Below are positions 30,590-44,527 of a stretch of DNA of 64,000 bases, piece by piece. Made by a program: the position numbers and the translations under genes. The first letter of the stretch is position 1. Each line of letters begins with the position of its first letter. A model generated the notes under the pieces. That model was given only the letters and a program-made list of their open reading frames with translations. It was not told the origin of the DNA and did no database searches. The stretch comes from Eledone cirrhosa (Eukaryota): NCBI GenBank assembly GCA_964016885.1, contig OZ024742.1:66278001-66342000 (forward strand), in the 5' to 3' direction.

Positions 30590-32360
30590 TGGCTGTAGGT
30601 GGTGTTGCTGATATTTTCGCTATCCTTGTTATATATTCCAATGTCATGTCTGAGTGAGTAGTCAGGCTAACAAATATATCTGATTCACATATACGTCGTT
30701 CTGTATATACCATTCAAAAACTAGCTGTAAGAGTGCAATGCTCAGTTATATAGATTTTTATATTCCCAAGAGGCCTTGCCACATTCGAGCTCCTTCTTTG
30801 CTCTTGTGACCTCATCATGTGAGACATTAATCACCGCCCCCCAGTGCATCTTATGTACATCAGAAGCTGTTTTATCACCTTTAAATCAGCAAATATTTCT
30901 CTTCACCTTGCGAGGATGCATCTCTCTGAAGAGAAGAGAACCACAGACGCGTTTCTGTTAGCAGGTGTGGAGGAGGAATTCTTGTTTCAAATCTGCCATA
31001 ATTTTTTTATTTGCGTATCTGTTGTCGGATTCCAACTAAACCTCAATGTTCTTCCAATTCTAAACTTTGGAGGCCTTTACTATCTCTGCTGCAAGTCCAA
31101 GAAGGGGGACATATTTCCAAGCCAAGCATTGTTAGCCTCCTTCCTTGCTCGGATGGCATCTTTGACCTTTTTGACCAAGGGTTCCTCCGGCCATCCAGCC
31201 CAAACCAAGCCTCTTTCGGCCGTAGCATTTAATAGTTGAAGCAGAGACTGCTGCACTGAACCATCTCCACTATGTCTCAACATCCTCAGGCAGTTCTCTG
31301 AATTTGGAGGTAATATTATCTGCATAGTAGGTCCTGACTTAATAATTTACCAACGTTTTCCACTTCATCCTATATATTGCCTTGGACCTGCACCTTTTGT
31401 AGGCTTCCTTGAATTTGGCTAGTCTTATGTTGCAGATATCTTGATCACTTAACAGCACAGCTCCTCTTATTGAAGTCTCACATTAGGATATAAGACTCAA
31501 TCTTATCAACATCTAACGCTACAGTGACTTAATTAAGGAAGGATCTGTATTTGGACTCCATGTTTGGTTCATAAACGTGTACCACCAACAGAGACATAAC
31601 TTTCAGCCGAATCTTCAAGAGGCAAAACGTCCTTCCTAATGGGATCCAGTCCATAACACATTCTGACAGCCGGGGGCTTGTGAGTATCCCCACTCACGCT
31701 TGTGCAGACATCTCTTGCGCTACCCCTGAATAGTGGGGTTTGTTTCCTCTATTCAAATCTACAGTAATAGAGTCGCGGGACTTTGTTTAGGTAACCCCGA
31801 CTATATATATCAGGTAGCATCTAGCGTCATCCACTAGTTCCTGCTCCTTTCCTCTAAGGGTTGTTATGTTCCAAGCTCCTATCCTTATGGTTTGCTGCCT
31901 TCCGAGCGCTTTTTGGGGTCTCGGGATACGCAATCTTTTTTCATCATCCCACGCCTCCTTGGACAAGAGACAGTACCATCACCAATTTTTGTGACTTGAA
32001 AGGGAGACTGCAATATAATTTTTGAACAGGCCAGAACGCATTCCTTGCTAACCATGCGATGGACGATGCGGTATGGTTCTTTTTCATACCTCTCACCATA
32101 TTGAAATTGAGGGGGTCTTATTCGCGCTACTCACCAATCTAGCACTTTATCAAACACACTAAGACTAGGCTTTTCGGAGGCGGTATTTACTCCCCTTATC
32201 ATTGCTACATATCTGGGTGGTGAGTGTTTTCTTGGAAGCTACAGGAGATACTCAATGCTTCATAGCCCCTATTAATGGAGCGCTTTCGTTCCGGAGTTGA
32301 TTATTGCTCACGCAGCTGCCCTCTTATATCGCAATTAACCGCCATAACACCTCTGCCGAG
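30590..32360 (-). mobile_element. Decayed RTE-type LINE, 5' part (UTR, AP endonuclease, pre-RT region)
   Basis: Minus-strand peptides TIRIGAWNITTLRGKEQELVD (APE motif I), VKDAIRARKEANNAWL and DEVTRAKKELECGKA, with many stops and frameshifts. Confidence 0.7.
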
Positions 32361-32542
32361 AAATATATATATCCACACACACACACATACACGCGCGCAC
32401 ACACAAACGCACCCAAATACACATATATAAGTGTGCATATATATGTATGTGTGTGTTTGTGTGTGTAGGTGTATATGTATTATGTTCTATGTTATAATTG
32501 CATATTCTTTATACCTTTCTAAGCTTTATAGCATAACACGTG

Positions 32543-32594
<52 letters not shown>

Positions 32595-32818
32595 TTAGAC
32601 GCAGATATGAAAATATTCAACAGCTCAAATTATACAGAGACAATTGGTTTATATCTGATGTCTTGTAATTTTCTTTTGCAATAATCGAAGAAAACGTTAG
32701 TGTATATTAGATAGGGAACTTAATCAGACAATCTCTTGGAACTTGACATACATAGATGAAAGCGATCTTAAGATAAATATTAATTTTGGCTACATTCAGG
32801 CTGAGAATGAAATAATGG

Positions 32819-32920
<102 letters not shown>

Positions 32921-32941
32921 TGTGTGTGTGTGTGTGTGTGT

Positions 32942-32974
<33 letters not shown>

Positions 32975-33374
32975 CATGTGTGTGTGAAAAAGATTTCTGG
33001 AGTCCAGAAATAGCCGTCGAAACGGCTTGAGCTCTGCCGTCGGGTTAAACTTTTTTCTATTACCCACTCTACTACCCTAAGTATTGAGTACTCTGGTGCG
33101 TTATGGTCCACCTGGTTGCTTACCGCACTTCCTTCGTTATATATATATATATATATACTTTAATAGTATTCTAGAAAGTGTAGTTGGAAAGTTTATGATA
33201 CACTATGCAAACATAAAACTAAATAACTATACAATCTGTCAAGCAAACGCTTAAAGAAAGATCTGCCATAACAGTTTCATTTTTATATGGTATCCCTATG
33301 AGGAAATGGTTACCTACCAGTTACCTATCAGTTAAGACATTGTGTTTATTATAAAACGTGAGTTAGTGTCTTGA

Positions 33375-33510
33375 GTTAACCGCGTATTTAGCACGACAGA
33401 AACCACTCTTTGCAGCATAGAGCTATGGCCCTTTACGTTTTGAGTTCAAATCCCGTCGAGATTAACTGAGGTAATTGCTGGCCTTGTGCCAAAATTAGAA
33501 ACAATTATTA
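33375..33510 (+). mobile_element. tRNA-derived SINE, degenerate and deleted
   Basis: gagttcaaatcccgtcgag...gtaattgctggccttgtgccaaaattagaaacaatta. Confidence 0.75.
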
Positions 33511-34354
33511 CAGAAGATTAAATATATTGATCGATTACCGACTCAAAATCACACAGGCTACTCTATAGAAAATGTATAAATTCCTCCTACGTATCTACCT
33601 ATTATCATATATACCTACTATTATACATACATAAACACATACATGCAGACAGAGATACATATGATGTTCTATTTTTTCCCAACCACTCCATTAGCACTTT
33701 TCTTATTGCTCTATTTTCTTTTCTTGAATTCTCTCTTTTTACCACAAAGCCAAATAATAAATTTGATTCTTAGTGCAAATGTTCTTTAAAATATTTAGTG
33801 AAGCTATAGATTTATTGAGAATAAAGGGTTAAAGTTAAGCCGGTGGCTAAAGTAGCGGATTATGTATACAAGCATATTTAAGTAAAAAGGGGTTGAATCA
33901 CTAGTACGTTTTTTATTACTGGAGTCTGTTTAAAAATGTTTCTAAATGCTGGGAAAATTGATAAATGAATTAATAGGCAAAGTGTATATGTTAAAAATTG
34001 GTGGTTAAACTAATGGATGGAATATTTGGTGTTCTTAAATTCGTGAGTAAAATCATATTTGGTTAATATCATGCATGACAATGATGTAACGTAGCGTGGG
34101 GGAAATGGAAGGAAAATATATGGGAAACTATTCGATTGTAGGCATATTTTGGCTTGAGATAGTGAACTAGTGGGTAAAAGGTAGGTAAAATGAAATAATA
34201 TGTAAATAGAGATTGAAATTGGAAATAAAATTTGGGCAACATGATAAGTAAAGTTGTGGGAAATATTGTGGGTGTATTAGTGAAAATAGCAATTTTATGG
34301 AAAATGTGTGAGTAAAGTAATGAATTGTGGGTAAGACGGCCGTTCAAACTTTGT

Positions 34355-34454
34355 CTAAAGCGCACCGGGATATCCTGCCGCCTTTAGCATCTTGAAGCAG
34401 AACGTATCTCCCTGTCTCCAGGTCTTGACGCGCCCGATTTCTTCCAGGTAGAAG
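34355..34454 (-). CDS. Candidate terminal coding exon of an unidentified host gene
   Basis: Strong acceptor ttttctatttcag followed by a GC-richer open frame FYLEEIGRVKTWRQGDTFCFKMLKAAGYPGAL*. Single copy in the window; no homology recognised. Confidence 0.35.
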
Positions 34455-35350
34455 CTGAAATAGAAAACAATTGAGACAGATGAAAGTAAATATCAACAAC
34501 AGTACTAGACATTATTTATCAACCTCGGAATAATGAAATGCAAAATTGAACGCTATATTTGTATACAGATAGAGTAATTCATCCGCGGGGCTTATAAATA
34601 GTTTTCACCAAAGCAATTTCATCCACAATATCTTGGTTGATCTGAGATTAATGGATATGATTGCTGCCCAAGATGCAACGAAATGGCGTAGAACACAAAC
34701 GTATACACACACACATACTAAAACTCACAGATACACATATATTTATGTATAAAACCCATGTGTACCTATGTAGGCATATGTATGTGATTGTGCGTGTTTG
34801 TACATGTCTTTTACATAGAAATAGAATCGCTTCATATCTATAAATAATATACGTGACGTATAAATAATATAGGCAATATCAGTGGGATATAAAATATTCC
34901 GTTTTTCCTTATCAAGTATCAGTCCTACTTTTTTTTCGTTTCCAATAAAGAAGAACTTAATCAAACACAACCTGTAAATATGATATCTTTCATCAGAGAC
35001 TCTATATCTATTCTCTCAAATGTGTACCCAATCTAATCGAGTTGCTTGCTATTCCTTTCGACATCCAAGCAGCTGGAGATAATCAGCATACATTTAATGT
35101 GACAACCTGAAGTAAATTTGACATTTGAAATCTTAAAATATCTCATAATTAAAAAAGAAGAGCGGATCTAAAAAGAATATAAAAAGTCAGCTTTTTTCCA
35201 ACAATTGTGTTTTAGTACGTAATTACGGCTTGTTCGACCGAGTTAGACAATGTAGTTTAACTTTGATATGTATTTGCCTCTATATATGTGTGTCAGTGAA
35301 TATATCCACACACACACACGCACGCGCGCGCATACACACACACATACGCT

Positions 35351-35438
<88 letters not shown>

Positions 35439-35443
<5 letters not shown>

Positions 35444-35662
35444 AGAAATGTAAGCTATCGCCGTATTTTGACTAAAGAAATTAAAGAAATTATTTAGCCT
35501 GATTGTGGGGTTTAGAACCCTCGGAGAAATGGAAAAAGATGAGTATTGACGTCAATACTCATCTTTTTCCATTTCTCCGAGGGTTCTTAACCCCACAATC
35601 AGGCTAAATAATTTCTTTAATTTCTTTAGTCAAAATACGGCGATAGTTTTCATTTCTAATAA
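35439..35662. repeat. Spacerless palindrome, ~112-bp arms
   Basis: Centre gatgagtattgac|gtcaatactcatc at 35550/35551, with microsatellites on both sides. Confidence 0.92.
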
Positions 35663-35696
35663 TTTCAAACCCACTCGCTGTTTCGAAAATATTCTT

Positions 35697-35755
<59 letters not shown>

Positions 35756-35758
35756 TAG

Positions 35759-35817
<59 letters not shown>

Positions 35818-36814
35818 TATATATACATATATATATATATATATAGCTTTCCGGATTTAGATGTTCGTTGAACTGAAATACATGACCATTAATTTAACTG
35901 AGTATTCCAGAGAAAGTCATACATTTAACGCGATACTCAAGCAGGTTCATTATGACATAGAATGTAGATGGTGGGCGAAAGCATTAGATGTGCAAACCGA
36001 CTTCCTTCCAAATCGTTTAGTCCACTAAAAGCACTGGATCAGGTGGTAGTGTTACTCAAAGCATTGCACAGCAAAACTCAAAATTCGTACGCTAGATTGC
36101 GGCAACATATACCAGAGAATCTCCATGAGCGCTCTAACATTTTCAGCAGTGCAATCCAATTAACTGCTACTTTATTTATCGACAACATAAGGATACATTA
36201 CGCAGACGACCTGTGTGAGACTTGATATGTAAAAGAAAACCAACCAAAAATTTCTCATCTAGTATACCATATAGACAGCGCTCTCTGATTGGTAATCACA
36301 AGTCCAACCTAAAAAATATTTTTTTACGTTTGTCACACAAACCTCCTGATTGCTACGTTCATGTCTGGTCATATCCTTAATAGAAAGAAAGTAACATTTC
36401 CTACTTGCTTTCGAGAATATTTCTGTACCCCTGGGATGTATATTCCAAACAAATTGAGCACAAAGCGGAAACATAAGAATTCGAGATATGCAGCACAGCA
36501 TTTAAAATTTAAACTAAATAATGAATTATGATAACCGAAATGAAATTTGCATTTAAGAATGTGTCTCCACCATCTCTCTCCCTCTCATTCTCACTCTCTC
36601 AATCTCTCTCTCTTTCTCTCAATGAAACATTTTTTCAGTTAGGTATAACAGGTGTTTATTGTAATTCAAGGTAGCATATCTAACAAAATTAAAGAGTCAA
36701 ATAGCTATCTTGAATTATAAACTTATATTTATAAAGAAATAAAAAAGGACCGGCTGACCGATCGCACAATCGTAAAATACATACATACATACATACACAC
36801 CTACACACATAAAA

Positions 36815-36907
<93 letters not shown>

Positions 36908-37373
36908 CATATGCAAATAACACGTGATTTCGCCCCACTCTGGGCAGCGTGTATATTAGCTTTCTCTCTATCCATGAGGTTAGATGTGCCGTGAACAGAA
37001 TCCACATTTGCTGACTGAGGAACCTGTGGCTGTTAAACTGTACATTTCTGTGGCGAAACGAACTAGATTCGTATCAGCAAACTTATAGTTGGTAATTTAA
37101 AACTCTACTTCAGAGATTTGATTCTGACTTAGTTTTATTCTATTTAATTGCTAACCTGTAGATATTGTTCTCCATACAGTAACGGTTAAACTCACTTGTA
37201 ATAATTCTTTACACACACCTCACTGTGTAACACACTTCTCTTTGTGTAATATATTTGTATTAGAGCTCAGAAGAAAATTCTCTCTTCTTTGAGCTAATAT
37301 TATTATTATTACTGTGAACTGCGGATTACTCTTAATTCCGATCCTCGTATATATATATATATATATATATTGG

Positions 37374-37413
<40 letters not shown>

Positions 37414-37419
37414 GGATAT

Positions 37420-38390
37420 ATATGAGAGGGATGAACACAGATATAAGTTTACATGTGTTCCAATTGCAAATGACCAAGTTAGCTAGGTTGAAAAAATACT
37501 AATTTAAAACAATAAGGTCTGCCTGATTCGATTTACAGTAATAAATCAATAAAAATAACAAACCTATTTCGGACAGACCAAAATCTGTTTCGCAAGAATA
37601 ATTAGTGAAAGCCAGAATTCCTGTGCTCATCTGCTGGTATCCAGGAAAATTAGTAACTTTCACTTCAATGGATCAAAGAAGACAGAGAGATATGCTGATA
37701 TAAACGCACATGTCGCAGTGCCTAGCGCGTCTCATACTCATGCCGCTAAGAATGGCAGCTGGGTTTATGAGACTAAGGCTAGCTCTACACACGGAGCCGA
37801 GAATATCATAGATTGAGTTATAAACTCAAAATAGTATTTTTCAATTATATAGCTGAAAGAAGGGAATCTTTCCGAGCCGTGTAATATAATTGGATATTTG
37901 AGAGGCATGAACACAGATATAAGTTTACATGTGTTCCAATTGCAAATGACCACGTTAGCTAGGTTGAAAAAATACTAACTTAAAACAATATGGTCTGCCT
38001 GACTTGATTTAAAGTAATAAATCAATAAAAGTAACAAATCTATTTCAGGCAATAGCCTTTGATACCCGGACAGACCAAAATCTGTTTTGCAAGAATTATT
38101 AAGTGAAAGCCAGAATTCTTGCGAAACAGATTTTGGTCTGTTCGGGTATCAACGGATATTGCCCGATATAGGTTTCTTATTTTTATTGATTTATTAGTTT
38201 AAATCGAGTCAGGCCGACCATATTGTTTTAAATTAGTATTTTTTCAACCTAACTAGGTCATTTGCAATTGGAACAGATGTAAACTTATATTTGTGTTCAT
38301 CCGTCGCATATATTATATTGCACGGCTCGGGAAGGTTCTTTGAGCTATATAATTGTAAAAGACTATTTTGAGTTTATAACTCAATCTATG

Positions 38391-38432
<42 letters not shown>

Positions 38433-38506
38433 CGAAGGAAATGTGGTAAGGAACCAGCTGGACCATAACGCACCAAAGTACTCAATACTTAGGGTAGTAG
38501 AGTGGG

Positions 38507-38579
<73 letters not shown>

Positions 38580-39670
38580 AATATCTTTAAGTCGTTTGGA
38601 AGCCTCGACAATGCAAATGGGTAAATCTCCGGGTAACAAGGTCCGGTGGTGGAGAGAGACGTGTAAGTGGGTGTACGTTGAGATGCGTGGTGTGTATAAG
38701 ATGTGCGAGATGTGTAGAATGAAGGGAAGAGTATAAAGGATAAAATAAAAATAACAACACAAGAGAGAGTTACCTTGGGAGAGATTTAATAGTCCCTATA
38801 TATTTCGGATTCACATCCATCAACTGGGTTTTTTTTCCGGGGTGGGGGAAAAGGTTGTCTGTCGGCCAAGTCCGGAACGCATCCTTCGCTGTTTGTTGTT
38901 TTGAATATCTCTCTCTATATATATAGATATATATATATACCTTATCTACGGAACAGGTTTGATTTTGAAATTTAAATGTGTCTAAACATCATGGCCATTT
39001 GGCAATACAGTTCGTCTTTGTTGATTTATTATTTTAAATCGATATGGACAAACTGTAATATTATAATTGGTATACTTCATTCTGGCTAAATTTTCTTTTG
39101 CAATATAAATACAGATATGTTGGTATTTGTGTTTCATCATATATATTAGTTTATACACGGCTCAGAAATATTTCTTTCTTTGAGCTAATTTAATTGTAAA
39201 AGAATTCATTACACTTAACATTATTGCGCCTTAGGTCGAGCTGAACGTAGCCTCATATATACGGCTGTTATTTCTAGCAGTACGGTTATGAGGCTAGCAA
39301 GAAACTGTGAACCTTGTGCGTTACACAGTCTTTTAAATTATTTAGAAGTGAAGCATATCAATTTGTCCCTGGATGTTTACTGAAGAGAGCAGGACATGAT
39401 ATTCCTTACACATTTTCATCTCGAAACATATTTGGATGTTAAAGTTTAAACTTATCTACGGAACAGGTTTGATTTTGAAATTTAAATGTGTCTAAATATC
39501 ATGGCCATTTGGAAATACAGTTTGTCTTTGTTGATTTATTATTTTAAATCGATATGGACAAACTGTAATATTATAATTGGTATACTTCATTCTGGCTAAA
39601 TTTTCTTTTGCAATATAAATACAGATATGTTGGTATTTGGGTTCATCATATATATTAGTTTATACACGAA
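37420..39670. repeat. Unclassified dispersed repeat cluster (direct and inverted copies; related copies at 52400-53000)
   Basis: 37420-37625 matches 37895-38120; 38123-38395 is inverted; 38941-39160 matches 39451-39668. The motif tacacggctcagaaat...ttgagctatttaattgtaaaagac is shared with 52464 and 52922. Confidence 0.75.
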
Positions 39671-41379
39671 ATATTTTTCAGTAAGTTCTCGTCAGACAAA
39701 TATATGATTTGATATATGACATAGCTCTACGGTCTTGATAGTTCAATTCCTGTATTGGTGGTGATTTATTTCATCGAATCTCAGCATTTATATACCACAA
39801 ATAATAATATGATAAACTTAAAGAAGAAAAGGACGTAGAGCAAATTAGAGATATAAGAGGGGGTGTAAATAGGAGGAAGGGAAGAAAAAATAAATAAATA
39901 CATACATAAATATTTAAATGAATAAAAATAAATAAATGGATGGATGAATAGAGGAAGAAATATTTTAAAAAGAAGAAAGAAGAAATAACGACAAAAGAAA
40001 GGGAACATCAATTATAGGGGGATACATAGAAAAAAACCGTTGTTTTCAAATATTAGGTCAATTGAGGCAACCAATCAATTACCATAAACCATTGAATATC
40101 TCTTGTATTTGATTATGGTTAAGCTAATTATATTTATATATTATATCAAAATTAATCAATATACATTATTTTTTATAGCCGTCACATATTTAGTTTAATT
40201 AAAAATTTATATAATTTAATTTAACTCATTATAGATTATAATTTCCTCAAGTATTTTGTTACAACTTAAAAAAAAAAAATAATCTTTAAAGCATATTTAA
40301 ATAATTATTAAACATGCATTAAAATATATATTAAAATACATGCATATAATCACCATCAGTATATATAATATATTAAGATCATTTTTTATACATATTATTT
40401 TATTTAAATCGGATATTTTCTTTATAAAAACATTTCTATTTTTTAATTATCATATAATTACAGGATTAAATTGCAGTTATATTTACTCTCAAAATTTTAT
40501 TTCGTTAATTTATATTTACTTCTGTAATTACATATTATTATAGTTTCCTTTTAAAGATATTCTTATATTATTAAACTACATAATTCATGTCAAATATAAT
40601 TTAGCAAGCTATTCAAACAGAATAAAAATATTTACGAAGAATGTAAACAAAGTGAAGATAACTCATTCACCATATGTGAACATTTAAACCATGTATCTAC
40701 TCTGAAATCTAGTGATATTTCTAAACCATAAATCAACAATTGGCTAGTTAAATATTGATTTGTCCTAATCAAAACATAGGATACAGAGACTCTTAATAAA
40801 ATTATTCTAATAGATAAAACATCAATAAATTATTACCCCAGTAAGGCAAAAATGATATATATATTTTTAAAATTATTAATTGTCAATATTTTTTCGAAAC
40901 TTGTACAATGCCTGGAATGTTTTATCGAATTTATGTTGGCAGCTCCTGAATAATTCATTTTTCTTGTTAATTAAATAGTCATAATTTTTAATTATCAATA
41001 GAATCTCACGATTGCAAAGATTGCAATTTAGCGAAATGGATGCGTCCCGATAGGAATTGGCATTCTTTAACCGAGTCCAAGAGATGGAGTATTTAATATA
41101 TTCTTGTCCTACAAAGACCATATTAATTGTGAGAGTGAGGTTGAACATTTTTTATCTGGTTTAGAAAAGGAATTTATATGATTGTACCAATGAACTTTAA
41201 ACTTAGATGAAGTGGCACCAATGTAATTATATATATTATTATGTGTCTTAGTGGTTCATTTATACACTAGATTCTTGTCAAGGAAGTTATTTTTTAAGGG
41301 ATACTCTGACTTCTTTCTACAGTTACATTTCTTCTCGATGTTATTGCTATACACTAAACTATTCATATTATTATTATTA

Positions 41380-41501
41380 TTGCCATTCTGAGTTCAAATC
41401 CCGCCGAGGTTAACTTTGCCTTTCATCCTTACGGGGGCGATAAAATAAAGTACCAGTAATACACTGGGTAATTTGCTCGCCTTGTGCCAAAATTAGAAAC
41501 A

Positions 41502-41505
<4 letters not shown>
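41380..41505 (+). mobile_element. tRNA-derived SINE (5'-truncated) inside PLE 4
   Basis: gagttcaaatcccgccgaggttaactttgcc...ttagaaacaatta followed by (TTA)n. Confidence 0.85.
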
Positions 41506-41570
<65 letters not shown>

Positions 41571-41574
41571 GTTG

Positions 41575-41905
41575 TTATTCCTTGAATCTCAGTCATTGAT
41601 GTTGGTTAACTGGAAAGTCCGTTGGAATGAATATCAAGCCACTACCTGCAGCCTCAGATATTCAGGACGTATCGGAGGGTTCTTGCTGTTCCAAGCAAGC
41701 ATGCCTTTTGAAGCGTTCAAAAAAGCGTGAAGGGGCCGATTTTCTTTAACCATCCCTGGAAACTTTTGGAGATAGTCCCCAGTGCGCCTATGACAATCGG
41801 GATCACTTTGACTTCATGGCAGTTCCAAATCCTTTTTACCTCCCACTTTAGGTCCTGGTATCGGTTAATTTTCTCCCTCTCCTTCTCTTGCACTCTCGTG
41901 TCGAA

Positions 41906-41906
<1 letters not shown>
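41575..41906 (-). mobile_element. R4/Dong-type LINE 3' fragment in (AAT)n
   Basis: EKINRYQDLKWEVKRIW...VIPIVIGALG...QKACLLGTARTLRYVLNI*, homologous to the C-terminus of the 49339 ORF. (AAT)n on both sides. Confidence 0.85.
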
Positions 41907-41965
<59 letters not shown>

Positions 41966-42281
41966 TAAAGGTGTTCTACTATTATCCATATTTAAACTAT
42001 TATTATTGTTATTCCCATTAACTAATGTATTATTATTATCGCTATTTATATGTTGGTTCAAATTAAGATTTTTACCATTTCTTTTTGCTATATTTTGAGC
42101 AATATTCATAGCTGTATGTCTTTTGAAGATAGATTAATATTTATGTGATCTAGGGAAGCATTTATCCAAGGCTTTAAAAAATAAGTGTGCTAAAGGTGTT
42201 TTAATAGCTAAAGATGCTGGCGGAGCATACCAAATTATAGATCCCGATTTATCCCTCAAGTTGTTGTTTTTATAGTCAATA

Positions 42282-42340
<59 letters not shown>

Positions 42341-43193
42341 GGCGACCTACGTAGTAAATCGTATCATCGTGAGCTCCGCAAAGATTTGTTATTTTCAGTT
42401 GTTTAAAATTGCCATTTTTGGAAAATTTTATTGTTAACTGTATATAAGTGCACATACATTGATTTCTGAAAAGGACACTCAAAAATATTGGGGCCTTGAG
42501 CCCAAAATTTAAACTTTTTATAATTATCAAACAAAAGTTTTTCTTTGAAAAATCATGGCTGACTCAGAGTCACTCCTTCCTCACAATCTAACACCTCACA
42601 CCGACACCACCATTGTAAATATTGCTACGTTTGCCAACACTGGAAATGTAAACAGTAGCAATATTTTAAATTGGTCTCAGGCAGACGTTCATTTCCCGCC
42701 ATTACCAATGACTGCAGGTGTTACAGCCGCCACCACCACCGCCACCGCGACAACCACCACCCCACCACCACCACAGCGACAACAGAAACAAAAGAAAAAA
42801 ATAAATTAACTCGTGATATCGAAATGAATTCAAGCAAAATGAACTCTTCCACACCGAACACCACTGACGCCACCACCACCACAACTGAAACTAAAATTAA
42901 CAATAGCAAAAATAACGATAACAACAACAGCAACAATAAAATTAAGAAAACTACCCTGAGTTTTGCCAGAGTAGCAAAAACGTGCGAAGCGATCCAAGTA
43001 AGTCAGGAGGAATTAGAAGAAGCCAAAGGAATGGTAAAGAAAGATGGGTACAGGGTCAGCCTCACCCCCCACACACACCTAATAAAATGGAGCAACGGCG
43101 CCTATGCAGCGTGTCTTATCGGACAATTAACATAAAATCGCGCCGAGTGGAACGGGCATCCGAGTCTCAAATTCAAAAAGCTTTGGGACATGT

Positions 43194-43910
43194 GTGGGCA
43201 AAAAAATCCACATCAGACGTGGGCAGAAATATGGAACCGTGGATGTGTTCTTTGAAACACCACAGGCGGCCAGAGAATACTTAATGACCCCATTAAGAAG
43301 TGACGACTTCACACACGTCCCAAGCTATTGTGGCCAGAGACTCGTGAAGATCAGGGTGACCCACGTTCCACCGGCCATCGAAATTCCCTGGCTAATGGCT
43401 GCCGTCCTCGCCGGCATCGAAGTCAACACCAAGATAATCGATATAGCGAAAGAAAAGCAGAACTGGTCCGGATCTGGGATGGAGCTCCTGATCCAAGCCG
43501 ACCAAAAAAGCATTGAGGAGATCCCAGAGGTAATAGACCTCACTGACGGCAGCCACCTCACCGTAATCGTCGAGGGCAGAAGGCCTAGGTGTATTGTTTG
43601 TGGTGAAGGAACCCACCTAAGGGCTGTCTGCCCTCAGGCTAAAAGGTTGAGGCCACCTCTTTTACCGATCCCAGTGACTCAACCATCAACACCACCAGCA
43701 GCAGAAATGGCAGCAACAACTGTAGCAGCAGCAACAGAAGCAACTGTAACAGCAACAACCCCAGCAACAGTAGCAAAACCAACACCACCACCACCCAACG
43801 CGCCAGAACTAGCACCAACGCCTACAACATACACCACGCCACAACCAAAACCAACGCCTTTGGAGGATTTTTCCACTCCCCGGCTTATCGCAACTGGAGA
43901 CAGATTGTGA
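43194..43910 (+). pseudogene. Tx1-like ORF1 fragment with CCHC zinc knuckle
   Basis: EGRRPRCIVCGEGTHLRAVCP followed by a Pro/Thr-rich tail. The upstream part is in other frames. Confidence 0.75.
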
Positions 43911-44527
43911 CGACGAGTAGTGGGAAACGGTATCAGGAAAAAAGAAAAAAAGAAACCAGAAAAGAAAAAAATTCTCTTCCTTGCCTCTCCAAAAACAAAA
44001 TACAGAGGGAAACAAATAAATTATCAAACAAAAAAGTTAGGACAGATATGCCACCATCCACAACAGCATCACCAACCCCATCACCACAAACACCAACACC
44101 ATCACCATCATTAACCACAACACCACCATCACCAAACCCACAAATGTCACCAAAAAGCGTAACAGAAACAAACCCACAACAAACGCAAACAAAACAAAAC
44201 AACCAAAACGATACACACTGCACAGTATTAAATTATTACACTACATGCAACACAACACCAGCATCACAGAAAAAGACTACACAACAACCCAAACGTTCAC
44301 ACCACCTCCACACATACAAATCACTCGCATCACACAGAAAACGTACACGACACTAAAACAAAAATTCCTCAAAGACATCGGAGACTTCCGACAAACACTC
44401 TCCAGGAGTATTTATAAGGACATCCTTCTGGAGGAGGCCACGAGCAGTGAAAAGGGTGGACAAACCATCCTTCCTCTACGAGAAGTAAGGTAAGTGGTCT
44501 TTCCCATCTTTTCCACTCAATTTCAAC

